32,000 bases of DNA from Nostoc punctiforme PCC 73102 (GCF_000020025.1 NC_010628.1:330001-362000), one strand, 5' to 3'; shown: positions 15,280 to 24,926, numbered from the stretch's first letter. Numbers and translations are program-made. The notes: generated by a model from the sequence alone, not told the origin.

Positions 15280-15732
15280 ATGAGTCACCATCTACCCGAC
15301 ACCAGGATACCAGCTCCGTGCATTATTAACACGGGCATCATTGTGAATAAGCTCGACATCCGGCGATTGCTGGCAGATTTAGGTCGAGTCCACTACATCT
15401 ACACCCAAGAAGATAAGGTACTGAGCGAGGGTGAAGGGGATGTGATGGAAGTTTTTGCTAATCCACAAAGGTCTACCTTAGTGGCTAATCATGCGCTATA
15501 TTTGAATGTTTGTAGTTTTGATTACTTGGAACTCAAACAGTCATCGCAACAAGAAACTTACTTCGATTTGATGCAAGAAGGAGTGTGTCTGCGGTTGATT
15601 CCCCGCTCAACCCCCATACAAGAGCGACGAGAGCGAACCTTCAATGTCAGCGCCATAGAAGCGATGATGGAGCAAGTTCTCTCAGCCAGATGGGATGCAG
15701 AAATTGACGATGACTGTTCTGATTCTTTTTAA
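15280..15732 (+). CDS. Hypothetical protein
   Basis: 150-aa ORF with coding-like composition and an acidic C-terminus. I recognise no motif. Confidence 0.5.
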   Translation: MSHHLPDTRIPAPCIINTGIIVNKLDIRRLLADLGRVHYIYTQEDKVLSEGEGDVMEVFANPQRSTLVANHALYLNVCSFDYLELKQSSQQETYFDLMQEGVCLRLIPRSTPIQERRERTFNVSAIEAMMEQVLSARWDAEIDDDCSDSF

Positions 15733-15776
15733 AATAGCGGCTACTATACCAATTTGATGTAAGGCTGGGCTTTATT

Positions 15777-15810
15777 GATGTAGGGGCAATTCATGAATTG
15801 CCCCTACATC
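15777..15810. repeat. Perfect 34-bp palindrome GATGTAGGGGCAATTCA|TGAATTGCCCCTACATC
   Basis: I checked the arms by reverse-complementing them. It lies between the hypothetical gene and tgt. A related copy is at 18026-18057. Confidence 0.9.
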
Positions 15811-15856
15811 GTATAGTTTTGCTTAAGTCCTAAAAGGCGCATCTTCAAAAATCTAA

Positions 15857-17002
<1,146 letters not shown>

Positions 17003-17091
17003 GGTATTAATAACAAATGACCAATGACCAAACCATGTTAAGATATTTCTCAATTATGAAAGCTGTGTTGGATAGGTGGATTTAAACAAAC

Positions 17092-17229
17092 ATGGAAGCA
17101 GCACTTTTATTAGCAAAACTGCCTGAAGCTTACCAAATCTTCGATCCTTTGGTAGACGTTCTCCCAGTCATCCCTGTATTCTTCTTGTTACTTGCTTTCG
17201 TTTGGCAAGCAGCCGTGGGATTTAGGTAA
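17092..17229 (+). CDS. psbK: Photosystem II reaction centre protein K
   Basis: This 45-codon ORF is absent from the track because it is under 60 aa: [45 protein letters not shown]. That is the canonical PsbK sequence including its propeptide. Confidence 0.95.
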
Positions 17230-17253
17230 GTTAATCTATTTTTCAATTGAGTA

Positions 17254-17284
17254 GGACAGGTAATATACCTGTTCTATTTTTTTG
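17254..17284 (+). terminator. Intrinsic terminator after psbK
   Basis: Stem 'ggacaggta'/'tacctgttc' with a 3-nt loop, followed by the T-run 'tattttttttg'. Confidence 0.7.
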
Positions 17285-17415
17285 TGGAACTATGTTTGAT
17301 AAAATTTACATTTATTAATATTTTGTAATGTTTTAATATAATAAACAAGATGTGAATCAAGCCATGTCAATATGAAGCCTTGAAAGCCAAGCTTAGAGTC
17401 AAGGAGGAATAAATT

Positions 17416-17712
17416 ATGGGTAATATCAAATTCGTTAAAGAGAATAAAGAAGTAGTAGCGGCGGATGGTGCCAATCTCCGACTCAAAGCCATGCAAAATG
17501 ACATTGATATATATACATTCATTGGCAAGATGACCAATTGCGGTGGTAATGGTCAATGTGGTACTTGCATTGTTGAAATAGTCGAAGGACTAGAAAATCT
17601 TTCCCCCCGCACAGACGTAGAAAATCGTAAATTCAAGAAAAAGCCTGAAAATTACCGCCTTGCGTGTCAAACTTTAGTGAATGGCTCAGTCAGCGTAGTT
17701 ACGAAGCCTTAA
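17416..17712 (+). CDS. 2Fe-2S ferredoxin-like protein
   Basis: 98 aa. Cys pattern '[11 protein letters not shown]...LACQ'. A strong SD 'aaggagga' lies upstream of the ATG. Confidence 0.8.
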   Translation: MGNIKFVKENKEVVAADGANLRLKAMQNDIDIYTFIGKMTNCGGNGQCGTCIVEIVEGLENLSPRTDVENRKFKKKPENYRLACQTLVNGSVSVVTKP

Positions 17713-17829
17713 GTTTTTTAGGATCATCCGTGGTTAGCATTTGAGAAAGTAAAAAGTTTGGGCTAACTCTGTCATTGATAATGGTATCCTAATGTTGTTG
17801 ACTGGAAATTTAAGAGAGGCTTTCTTGCC

Positions 17830-17946
17830 ATGCAAGTTAATGACCTGGGGTTCGTAGCGAGCATTTTGTTCGTATTAGTTCCCACTGTATTTTTACTCAT
17901 TCTGTACATCCAAACTGCTAGCCGCCAAGGTGGAAAAGATAGTTAA
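17830..17946 (+). CDS. psbM: Photosystem II reaction centre protein M
   Basis: This 38-codon ORF is absent from the track: [38 protein letters not shown], which is canonical PsbM. Confidence 0.95.
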   Translation: MQVNDLGFVASILFVLVPTVFLLILYIQTASRQGGKDS

Positions 17947-17969
17947 GAATTTGTGTATAAAATAAATAA

Positions 17970-17997
17970 CCCCTGCACTAGTAATGTGGGGGTTTTT
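17970..17997 (+). terminator. Intrinsic terminator after psbM
   Basis: Stem 'cccctgca'/'tgtgggg' (with G-U pairs) followed by 'ttttt'. Confidence 0.6.
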
Positions 17998-18025
17998 ATT
18001 TATCAACCGCTAACTGGTAGCATTT

Positions 18026-18057
18026 CTGTAGGATCAATTCATGGATTGCCCCTACAG
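18026..18057. repeat. Degenerate copy of the GTAGGGGCAATTCATGAATTGCCCCTAC palindrome
   Basis: 'ctgtaggatcaattcatggattgcccctacag'. Its right arm matches the 15777 element and its left arm carries about 3 substitutions. It lies between the convergent psbM and USP genes. Confidence 0.75.
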
Positions 18058-18168
18058 TCCCATAAGCACAGCTTCAAACAAAAATAGTATGATTGCTGAG
18101 TATTAGAAAGAAAATCTTGCTTCTCTAGTATCTTATTACAACAAATCTAATACTCAGCATTGCTTAGT

Positions 18169-19020
18169 TTAAGCGATCGTCCGCGCCAACAATACCGGAC
18201 AAGTGGCATTGACTCGAACATAGTCAGACAAGGAAGATCCGATGAGTCGATCTATATCAACAAAACTCTTAGCAATAGATGGACGACGATCTGGAGAACC
18301 GAGCAATAATAAGTCTATATTCAACTCTTCTGCTAACCGACAGATTTCTTCACCAGGTTTACCACTGCTGATATAAGCACGAGATTGGATACCTTGTTTT
18401 TGAGCTTCTGCAACTGCGGCTGCTAAAACTGGATTTTTATCTGAGTTAACCTCGGTTATTTCCGATTTTTTACCACCTAAATCTGTACTTATATTTGCCA
18501 AAATTAACTGACCACCCTGAATATCTCGCAGTAAAAACAGTGCCAATTTCAAGCAGTTTTTTGCAGAATCAGAGTTGTCTATTGCCACCATAATGCGCTT
18601 AATTCTTTTAACATAAATGTCATCTTTTACCAGCAACATGGGGCGAGAAGACAGCTGGAAAACATACTGACTAACTGAGTTCGATAAAATCGATTGCAGC
18701 CGCTTCAGTCCGCGTGAACCCATAACAATCAAGTCAGCATCGATTTCATCAGCTACTTGGCAAACTACATCTTTGGGGTCGCCTTCGCGCAAAATTGAAG
18801 AAACCTGACTAGGATCTAAGTTCAAAGTTTGAATGGCATTAGCCAGAATTTTACCACCATTTTCCCATTTAGCTGTCATGGTAGCAGCAGTATTTTGTGC
18901 CTGAACAACATGTAAAATTGTAACTTTCGCAGATTCAATTGAAGGGATTTCTCTCAGGGTTTTGAGCATTTCTTCTGCGTGTCCCAATCCCGATACAGTC
19001 AGCAAAATTTTGTTTATCAT
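18169..19020 (-). CDS. Universal stress protein, tandem USP domains
   Basis: 283 aa made of two USP halves, each ending in a 'G(S)RG/GSP...S(V/L)S..V' type motif: 'VMGSRGLKRLQSILSNSVSQYV' and 'LLGSPDRR...GSSLSDYV'. Confidence 0.8.
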   Translation of the reverse strand: MINKILLTVSGLGHAEEMLKTLREIPSIESAKVTILHVVQAQNTAATMTAKWENGGKILANAIQTLNLDPSQVSSILREGDPKDVVCQVADEIDADLIVMGSRGLKRLQSILSNSVSQYVFQLSSRPMLLVKDDIYVKRIKRIMVAIDNSDSAKNCLKLALFLLRDIQGGQLILANISTDLGGKKSEITEVNSDKNPVLAAAVAEAQKQGIQSRAYISSGKPGEEICRLAEELNIDLLLLGSPDRRPSIAKSFVDIDRLIGSSLSDYVRVNATCPVLLARTIA

Positions 19021-19482
19021 CTTACCTAATTGTTTTTAAGTTTACTTTTGTTTTCGCTTTTAGTACTTGGCTCAGGTCTGATTTTTACCTTTTTACTCGA
19101 TAATCTAGTTAGTAAGTTGGCACAAGAAACTTTGTTTTTTAGTATTTAAAACTTACAAAAATGGCAAAGTACAAAATACTCAACAAATATTTAAGTTTGT
19201 TTGTACCTAGTTACTTACAATTCTCAACTAGACTTCAATTGTTAAGCATACTCTCAATTTAGCCTGAGTAACTTAATAAAATATGATGTTAGTTATCATT
19301 GTTAATCTATGTTCACTTTTTTTAATTAGAAGTTAGTTAAGTCTTGCAAAGAAATTCCCAAATAACTTTTTATAAGAATTGATTTACTATATCGCTTAAT
19401 AAGCGATCGCTATCGGTTTGAATATTCTAAAGTCATATTTAATACTATAAAGACCTCTCCCTGGTGTGACTACGCAAAACCG

Positions 19483-19505
19483 TCCCTCTCCGAGTCGGAG
19501 AGGGA
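19483..19505 (-). terminator. Hairpin about 50 nt downstream of phoD
   Basis: Perfect 10-bp stem 'tccctctccg'/'cggagaggga' with a 3-nt loop. On the minus strand it is followed by 'cggttttg'. Confidence 0.6.
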
Positions 19506-19553
19506 GAGACTTGAACTTTTGTTGAAGTCAGGAAGAGGTTGATCGAACTCACG

Positions 19554-21122
19554 TTAACTTAGCTGCGCTCCTGGTTGTCCGTTTTGGACTACAAACGAAG
19601 CTAAGGTTTTAACAGAGGCATTCAAGTCAACGATGCTTGATACAACGCGGTAGTCAGTTTGCCAGCGTTGTGGAGTAAGGTTGCAACGGACGTATCCCCG
19701 GTAAGCACCGTCAAAGAACTTAGTATGGGGATTGTTGGGTAGAGCAGCTTGAACTGGAGCAATAAATGCTGTGGGAAAGTCAGAGGTAATTGAGGTTCCG
19801 ACAAACTCAGTGCCGACTGTGGCTGAGTTGGGGTTATTAAAATCCAGCTTCAGGTCGTGTACCCAACTAGAATGGATATCTCCGGTAATCACTACTGGAT
19901 TAGAAGGTTGGCGCTGGTTGAGAAAACTCAAGAGCCGATTACGTGCAGCCACGTAGCCGTCCCACTGATCCACATTGAAGACACCTGAACCAGGACTACT
20001 ATTAAAATTGTACTGGCCAAGCATCGTCTGTTGAGCAATCACATTCCAGCGCGATCGCGACTGATCTAACCCTTTTCGTAGCCACTGCTCTTGTTCTGAG
20101 CCCGTCATAGTAGCATTTGGATCAAAAGCTTCTGGGCAGCGAGGCTTCAGTCCATCATTACAAGGTTGGTTAGTGCGGTACTGTCTGGTATCTAGGACGT
20201 TGAACTCAGCTAAATTACCGAAAGTCAACCGCCGATAAAGCAGTGCGTCTGGGCCTTTAGGCAAGGAAGACTGACGGAGGGGCATGTGTTCGTAGTAAGC
20301 CTGGTAAGCACTAGCTCGGCGTTTCCTAAAAGTCTCTTCGCTTTGGTTATCTTCGGGAATTAAGTTGGCGTAGTTATTGTCAACTTCATGATCGTCCCAA
20401 GTGACAATCCAGGGAAAAGCAGCATGAGCAGCTTGGAGACTCTGGTCTGTTCTGTACAGGGCGTAGCGATCGCGGTAGTCTGCAAGAGTGATGATTTCTG
20501 GACTATTGTGCTGGCGTGGGCCACCAGATTGTGGCCCATATTCGTAAATGTAATCACCTAGATGAACTACAAGGTCGAGGTTTTCTTCAGCCAAATGGCG
20601 ATAAGCCGTGTAGTAGCCATTTTGCCAGTCTTGACAGGAGACAAAAGCAAAGTTTAGTTGTTGAGTATAGCTATAAAATGCTGGTGCTGTGCGAGTCCGT
20701 CCAATGGGGCTAACTTCCCTACCCGCTTGAAATTGATACCAGTACCAACGGTCAGGGTCTAGCCCACGCACATCAACGTGGACTGAGTGCGCTAACTCTG
20801 GTGTTGCCAGCACTGTTCCTCTCCGCACAACCCGTTTCATATTTTCATCAAGGGCAATTTGCCACCGCACTGGCACATTTACCACTGGCATTCCACCTCC
20901 AGAAAGTGGATTTGGAGCCAGCCGCGTCCAAATAACAACACCATCCGGCAAAGGATCGCCAGAGGCAACACCAAGATTGAACGGATAGCTAGAAAACCTT
21001 GAGCTAGCCAATACCGGATGCCACTGGCTAGCAATTGTTAACCCAGTTAAGAATCCTGCACCCAACAAAAAACTCCGCCGTCTACACCGATTTGCTAGCA
21101 GTCCGCCATCCATAAGTTCCAT
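19554..21122 (-). CDS. phoD: Alkaline phosphatase D (PhoD) family protein with a Tat signal
   Basis: The track ORF starts further upstream. The ATG at 21120-21122 gives 'MELMDGGLLANRCRRRSFLLGAGFLTGLTIA', a twin-arginine signal. PhoD metallophosphatase segments include 'FVSCQDW', 'HLGDYIYEY', 'WDDHEVDNNY' and 'VITGDIHSSW'. Confidence 0.85.
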   Translation of the reverse strand: MELMDGGLLANRCRRRSFLLGAGFLTGLTIASQWHPVLASSRFSSYPFNLGVASGDPLPDGVVIWTRLAPNPLSGGGMPVVNVPVRWQIALDENMKRVVRRGTVLATPELAHSVHVDVRGLDPDRWYWYQFQAGREVSPIGRTRTAPAFYSYTQQLNFAFVSCQDWQNGYYTAYRHLAEENLDLVVHLGDYIYEYGPQSGGPRQHNSPEIITLADYRDRYALYRTDQSLQAAHAAFPWIVTWDDHEVDNNYANLIPEDNQSEETFRKRRASAYQAYYEHMPLRQSSLPKGPDALLYRRLTFGNLAEFNVLDTRQYRTNQPCNDGLKPRCPEAFDPNATMTGSEQEQWLRKGLDQSRSRWNVIAQQTMLGQYNFNSSPGSGVFNVDQWDGYVAARNRLLSFLNQRQPSNPVVITGDIHSSWVHDLKLDFNNPNSATVGTEFVGTSITSDFPTAFIAPVQAALPNNPHTKFFDGAYRGYVRCNLTPQRWQTDYRVVSSIVDLNASVKTLASFVVQNGQPGAQLS

Positions 21123-21254
21123 ATTCACCTCTACCCAGATGTAAATACAGTTGGCAAACTTTAGGAGAGTCAGTTGTGAAAAGCACAAATAATAGCTTGA
21201 TTCAACTTGTCTCCTAATCGCTGCTCAACCAAACACAAGGAACCTAGCAACCTC

Positions 21255-21284
21255 GGATCAAGCAGAAATTAAGATTTTGTTAAG
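21255..21284 (-). promoter_or_regulatory. Candidate Pho box (three 8-bp direct repeats in 11-bp phasing) upstream of phoD
   Basis: On the minus strand it reads CTTAACAA-aat-CTTAATTT-ctg-CTTGATCC, 133-162 nt upstream of the phoD ATG. It resembles the cyanobacterial SphR/PhoB consensus PyTTAAPyPy(T/A). Confidence 0.35.
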
Positions 21285-21382
21285 TCTAAGATTGGATTGG
21301 GACATTAGATATTTAGACCTCAACTAAGCAGCACTGCTGCTATCGGCTACTTTTATCAAACCGTTTTCTAATTACGAATTAT

Positions 21383-22648
21383 TTAAAACCTGCCATTTCC
21401 CTGAACAATGTGCTTAACGGTGGTCAAGGTTTCTAAGCTGATAAATCCTCGACGATGGCCTTTTTGGTTAGACATACCGAGAAACACTGAATCTCCCCGC
21501 GAGGGGTTGCGGGAAAAACGCGGGGAAGTATTGATGTAGGTAGAGGCGCTGTTAACTCCTAAAGCAAACTGCCGACTTTCTTGGTAAGATTCAGTAACGA
21601 TGGAGTCGGCATGACCACTACTGTGTTCATTAATCCAAGCGATCGCACTTTCTAAGCTATCCACCAGTTTAAAAGCTACCGTCTTTGTTAAATAAGGATT
21701 TCCCCATTCCCCCTCCTTCACCAGCTGCAACTGGGGAAAAGCTTGTACTAGTTCTGCATCCCCTCTAATTTCAAAGCCTTTTTCCATCAAGCTGTTCCAC
21801 AGAACTGCTAAGGATGATGGCAAGGCTTGACGATGAATGAGTACCTTTTCAATCGCATTGACTTGATCGGGTTCGCTTTGATGGCTATCAAGAATCATCC
21901 AGCGCACCATTTCTAAGCTGGAATTTAGCGACCAGTAGAGATAACAGTTACCCATCGCGGACTTTAAGACTGGGCAAGTTGACTGTCGTACTACCTGCTG
22001 TACCAAGCTAGAACGTCCGTAGGGAATAACTAGATTCACGTACTGGTCTTGGGTGACTAAATCCCGAATTGAAGCACCATGTTCGGCTGTGATTAGCTCT
22101 ACACAGCCTAAAGGTAGACCAACTTCTGCGATCGCATTTTGCAGTGCCTCAGCGATGGCAGCGTTGGAATGGCTAGCTTCAGTACTGCCTTTGAGAATTA
22201 TACTATTGCCAGTTTTAATACAAAAACCTGCTGCGATCGCCCCTAAATCGGGAAAGGCTTCATAAATAAATCCAATCACTCCCAAAGGCATTAACTGGGT
22301 GTAACTCTGGGAATCTTCCAGTTGATAATCAGCCGTTCTAACGCGCCTTAGCGGATCTGATAATTCCCCTAACCGTTGTAAAACGTCTACTGTCATCTCT
22401 AGCCTTGTGGGAGTCAGCTTCAGCCAGTCTAATATCAACTCTGGCACTGCCATTTCTCGACTAGCTTCTAAATCCAACGTGTTGGCTTCTAGAATGTCGT
22501 CAAATGAGCGCTCAAGAGCTTGTGCCATCGCCAATACTGCACGACTTCGGTCTGCTCCCTTTGTGATCCCTAACTTTAGGGAAGCTTGATAGGCTCGTTG
22601 GGCACTAGTAATCGGTTCGGGGTGGTCATCTAAAACTTCAACACTCAT
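21383..22648 (-). CDS. Gamma-glutamyl phosphate reductase (ProA) family protein lacking the catalytic cysteine
   Basis: 421 aa. It aligns without gaps to ProA as I recall it over 'PLGVIGFIYEA', 'NSIILKG', 'VIPYGR', 'HSSGHADSIVT' and 'LTTVK'. The nucleophile motif x-C-N-x-x-E-T reads 'QVNAIEK' here, with Val codon GTC at 21860-21862. Confidence 0.7.
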   Translation of the reverse strand: MSVEVLDDHPEPITSAQRAYQASLKLGITKGADRSRAVLAMAQALERSFDDILEANTLDLEASREMAVPELILDWLKLTPTRLEMTVDVLQRLGELSDPLRRVRTADYQLEDSQSYTQLMPLGVIGFIYEAFPDLGAIAAGFCIKTGNSIILKGSTEASHSNAAIAEALQNAIAEVGLPLGCVELITAEHGASIRDLVTQDQYVNLVIPYGRSSLVQQVVRQSTCPVLKSAMGNCYLYWSLNSSLEMVRWMILDSHQSEPDQVNAIEKVLIHRQALPSSLAVLWNSLMEKGFEIRGDAELVQAFPQLQLVKEGEWGNPYLTKTVAFKLVDSLESAIAWINEHSSGHADSIVTESYQESRQFALGVNSASTYINTSPRFSRNPSRGDSVFLGMSNQKGHRRGFISLETLTTVKHIVQGNGRF

Positions 22649-22652
22649 TGAG

Positions 22653-23126
22653 TTAACGTCTGTAGGTAAGCCAGACCATTAATGCTGGCAGAATAGCTAA
22701 TAGCACCGCCACCATTGCCCAAGCAATAATGCTGGAACCATTTGCTAATCGCAGTGCTAATGGCAGCCATATAATCACTAGCACGAAAATAATGCCAAGT
22801 GCTATAGGCAGATAGCTTTCTCCCAAGCGGGGATGGACAACGTGCCAACTATTTCCCATCCAACGCCAAGCCCGCTTGTAGGGATAGGTGGTAGAAAGTT
22901 GTTCTAGGACATGACCATTATCTTCTACGACAAAGATTTGCTGACAGCGATCGCAACCAAATGCTTCTGTCAACGTAATCGGAATTAACTGACCCCGGCG
23001 ACGACAGGGACAGGGGTATTCAGCATTGAAATCTATTTTTTCGGGTTTTTGAGATTGCACAAGCGTTCTAGTAACTTGAGCGTGTTTTACACGAACTACG
23101 ACAATATAATCCTTTGGTAAATGCAA
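22653..23126 (-). CDS. Hypothetical Zn-ribbon membrane protein
   Basis: 157 aa. 'CPCRRRG...CDRCQQ' forms a Cys4 pattern and the C-terminus has two hydrophobic helices. The start is uncertain because only TTG 23126 is available. The stop lies 4 nt before the ProA-like ATG. Confidence 0.55.
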   Translation of the reverse strand: MHLPKDYIVVVRVKHAQVTRTLVQSQKPEKIDFNAEYPCPCRRRGQLIPITLTEAFGCDRCQQIFVVEDNGHVLEQLSTTYPYKRAWRWMGNSWHVVHPRLGESYLPIALGIIFVLVIIWLPLALRLANGSSIIAWAMVAVLLAILPALMVWLTYRR

Positions 23127-23710
23127 TAGAAGCTTCTGCTACTATAGATTGCTCTCTTTATATACATGTACTGACAATACAAATATCGCCATGATTGCAA
23201 ACAGTAGATGCAGCAGACTCTAAGTATCCTAATTTTCATATCAGTACGGGGTTTTTTATTTGTAATATTTCCCCGAAGCTGACAATCTTATTTAAAATTT
23301 CCTTCTACTAGATAAAATCTAGACAAAGCTAGATGATATTATTTGACATTTCAAAGGGAGCATAGGAGCGGTTATCCCTTAATGTCGAGACACGATTTAG
23401 CTATCCGTGCATAAGTTTTAAAATGTTTAGATGTATATAACACTTCGGCTACGCTCAGTGTGAAATCTTAGTCAGCACACTGCTGACATTTATGACATAC
23501 ATCAACCTGTTTTAAGAGACTAATACCCGTGAATTCCCCCATAGTTTAAACAAGTTTTACTAGATGGGTAAAATCTATCCACAAATAAACAGTTTCACCA
23601 TATCTAAATTACTTTATATTCTACTATCTATGAAATTCATCAAAATTATGAACGATTCACAGGAATACAGCGCGAATCGCCAAAGACTTCAATGCACCCT
23701 AAAAATACTA

Positions 23711-23740
23711 AACCTCTTGAAGTTAAAACTATCAAGAGGT
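23711..23740 (-). terminator. Hairpin immediately downstream of tRNA-Gly
   Basis: Stem 'aacctcttga'/'tcaagaggtt'. On the minus strand it is followed by 'tagtattttt'. Confidence 0.6.
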
Positions 23741-23750
23741 TTTAGTTGGA

Positions 23751-23822
23751 AGCGGGTGACGCGATTCGAACGCGCGACATTCACCTTGGCAAGGTGACGC
23801 TCTACCACTGAGCTACACCCGC
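23751..23822 (-). tRNA. tRNA-Gly (anticodon GCC), CCA not encoded
   Basis: Manual cloverleaf: GCGGGTG-TA-GCTC-AGTGGTA-GAGC-G-TCACC-TTGCCAA-GGTGA-ATGTC-GCGCG-TTCGAAT-CGCGT-CACCCGC-T. All four stems pair. The discriminator is U and is followed by TCC rather than CCA. Confidence 0.95.
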
Positions 23823-23887
23823 AATCAATTGCCATATATCAATATCTCAAATTTATCTCTGATTGTCAACCCCTTTATTTATTAATT

Positions 23888-23965
23888 TGTCATTAGTCAT
23901 TGGTCATTGGCATTGGTCATTAAGTGAATAACAGACAAAGGACAACAGACAAATGACTAATGACA
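23888..23965. repeat. STRR-type heptamer repeats in an inverted arrangement
   Basis: 'tgtcattagtcattggtcattggcattggtcatt' faces 'acagacaaaggacaacagacaaatgactaatgaca'. It lies between the ribH stop and the tRNA-Gly 5' end. Confidence 0.8.
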
Positions 23966-23969
23966 TACC

Positions 23970-24548
23970 CTAGCCGAGTTCTTCTGACTCCGCCGTTAAA
24001 TTGCCAATGCTGGCACTTTGAAAAGAGGCTGGCAAAGCCTGGCTGTTACGAGAATATGGTTCTGCTAGGTTAGAACGCAATTGCCGCATCAGGCTTGCCA
24101 TTTCTAGGGCGTTTAGGGCATAATCCCAGCCATGATTACCTTTGATACCTGCCCGTTCTAAGGCTTGCTGCATAGTATCTACTGTCAAAATGCCAAAAAT
24201 TACTGGCACTCCAGTTTGAAAGCTAGCGGCGGCAATACCTTTAGAAACTTCGGCGGATACATAATCAAAATGGGGTGTTTGCCCGCGAATGACTGCACCT
24301 AGACAAATTACAGCATCATAACGATGGGAAAGTGCTAGTTGGCGAGCTACTAAAGGTACCTCAAAACTTCCTGGAACCCAAACATAGTCCACCTGATTAC
24401 CTTGGGGGTTAGGATCTACACCGTGGCGTTTCAAGCAATCTTGACATCCCTCTAGCAGCTTTCCGGTAACAAGGTCATTAAATCGACCAATCACCACTGC
24501 AAACCGCAAAGGCTCAGTTTGGGTAAAAGTTCCCTCGAAAACTGCCAT
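23970..24548 (-). CDS. ribH: 6,7-dimethyl-8-ribityllumazine synthase
   Basis: 192 aa. '[14 protein letters not shown]', 'VPGSFEVP', '[19 protein letters not shown]' and 'GILTVDT' are canonical RibH segments. A ~35-aa C-terminal tail follows. Confidence 0.9.
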   Translation of the reverse strand: MAVFEGTFTQTEPLRFAVVIGRFNDLVTGKLLEGCQDCLKRHGVDPNPQGNQVDYVWVPGSFEVPLVARQLALSHRYDAVICLGAVIRGQTPHFDYVSAEVSKGIAAASFQTGVPVIFGILTVDTMQQALERAGIKGNHGWDYALNALEMASLMRQLRSNLAEPYSRNSQALPASFQSASIGNLTAESEELG

Positions 24549-24600
24549 GACTGCCTCTTAATCAACTATAGTTCTGGTCAATATACATTTCTTATTTAAA

Positions 24601-24697
24601 TGTAGAGGAGCAGGAAAGCAAGGTCATAAAAAAGGAAATCGGAAAAAACTTCTCCTTTTTTCCTTTGGTCTTTGACCTTGGCTTTTCTGCCCCTCTA
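24601..24697 (-). other. Long composite stem-loop between psbZ and ribH
   Basis: The outer arms 24601-24625 and 24674-24697 pair over about 23 bp with one bulge and one mismatch. An inner A/T-rich hairpin forms from 24628-24636 and 24653-24661. Confidence 0.6.
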
Positions 24698-24737
24698 GTT
24701 CTTATATTATGTGCCTGAGCCAGAGCAAAGCCGTCGT

Positions 24738-24926
24738 CTACACGACAAAAAAGTTTAACAAACCAACTAAAAATACCAAAGCAATCCAGACGGCAGAACC
24801 AACCCAGAGCAGTTTTTTAGATTCAACCCAATTTTGGGGAGTAGCGTAAGCAACCGGAACGCCTACAACCAAGACAAAGGACAATAGGACTAGACCGATC
24901 AAGGCAAATTGGAATATTATGGTCAT
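24738..24926 (-). CDS. psbZ: Photosystem II protein Z (Ycf9)
   Basis: The ATG at 24924-24926 gives the 62-aa sequence [62 protein letters not shown], which is canonical PsbZ. The track ORF carries a 5-codon extension. Confidence 0.9.
   Translation of the reverse strand: MTIIFQFALIGLVLLSFVLVVGVPVAYATPQNWVESKKLLWVGSAVWIALVFLVGLLNFFVV

Noticed and set aside
19391-19410. 17-bp palindrome atcgctta-a-taagcgat upstream of the USP gene, as a possible operator
   Set aside because: It lies about 370 nt from the start codon and overlaps a HIP1 site. HIP1 is itself palindromic, which inflates the apparent symmetry, so the evidence is insufficient.
23564-23797. 77-aa plus-strand ORF
   Set aside because: It is AT-rich and low-complexity, and its 3' end runs antisense through the well-folded tRNA-Gly gene. 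I consider it spurious.
24549-24737. Possible FMN (RFN) riboswitch upstream of ribH
   Set aside because: Only a short 'GGGGCAG' resemblance exists at the base of the hairpin. The conserved multi-stem RFN core is absent, and the element is a simple long inverted repeat.
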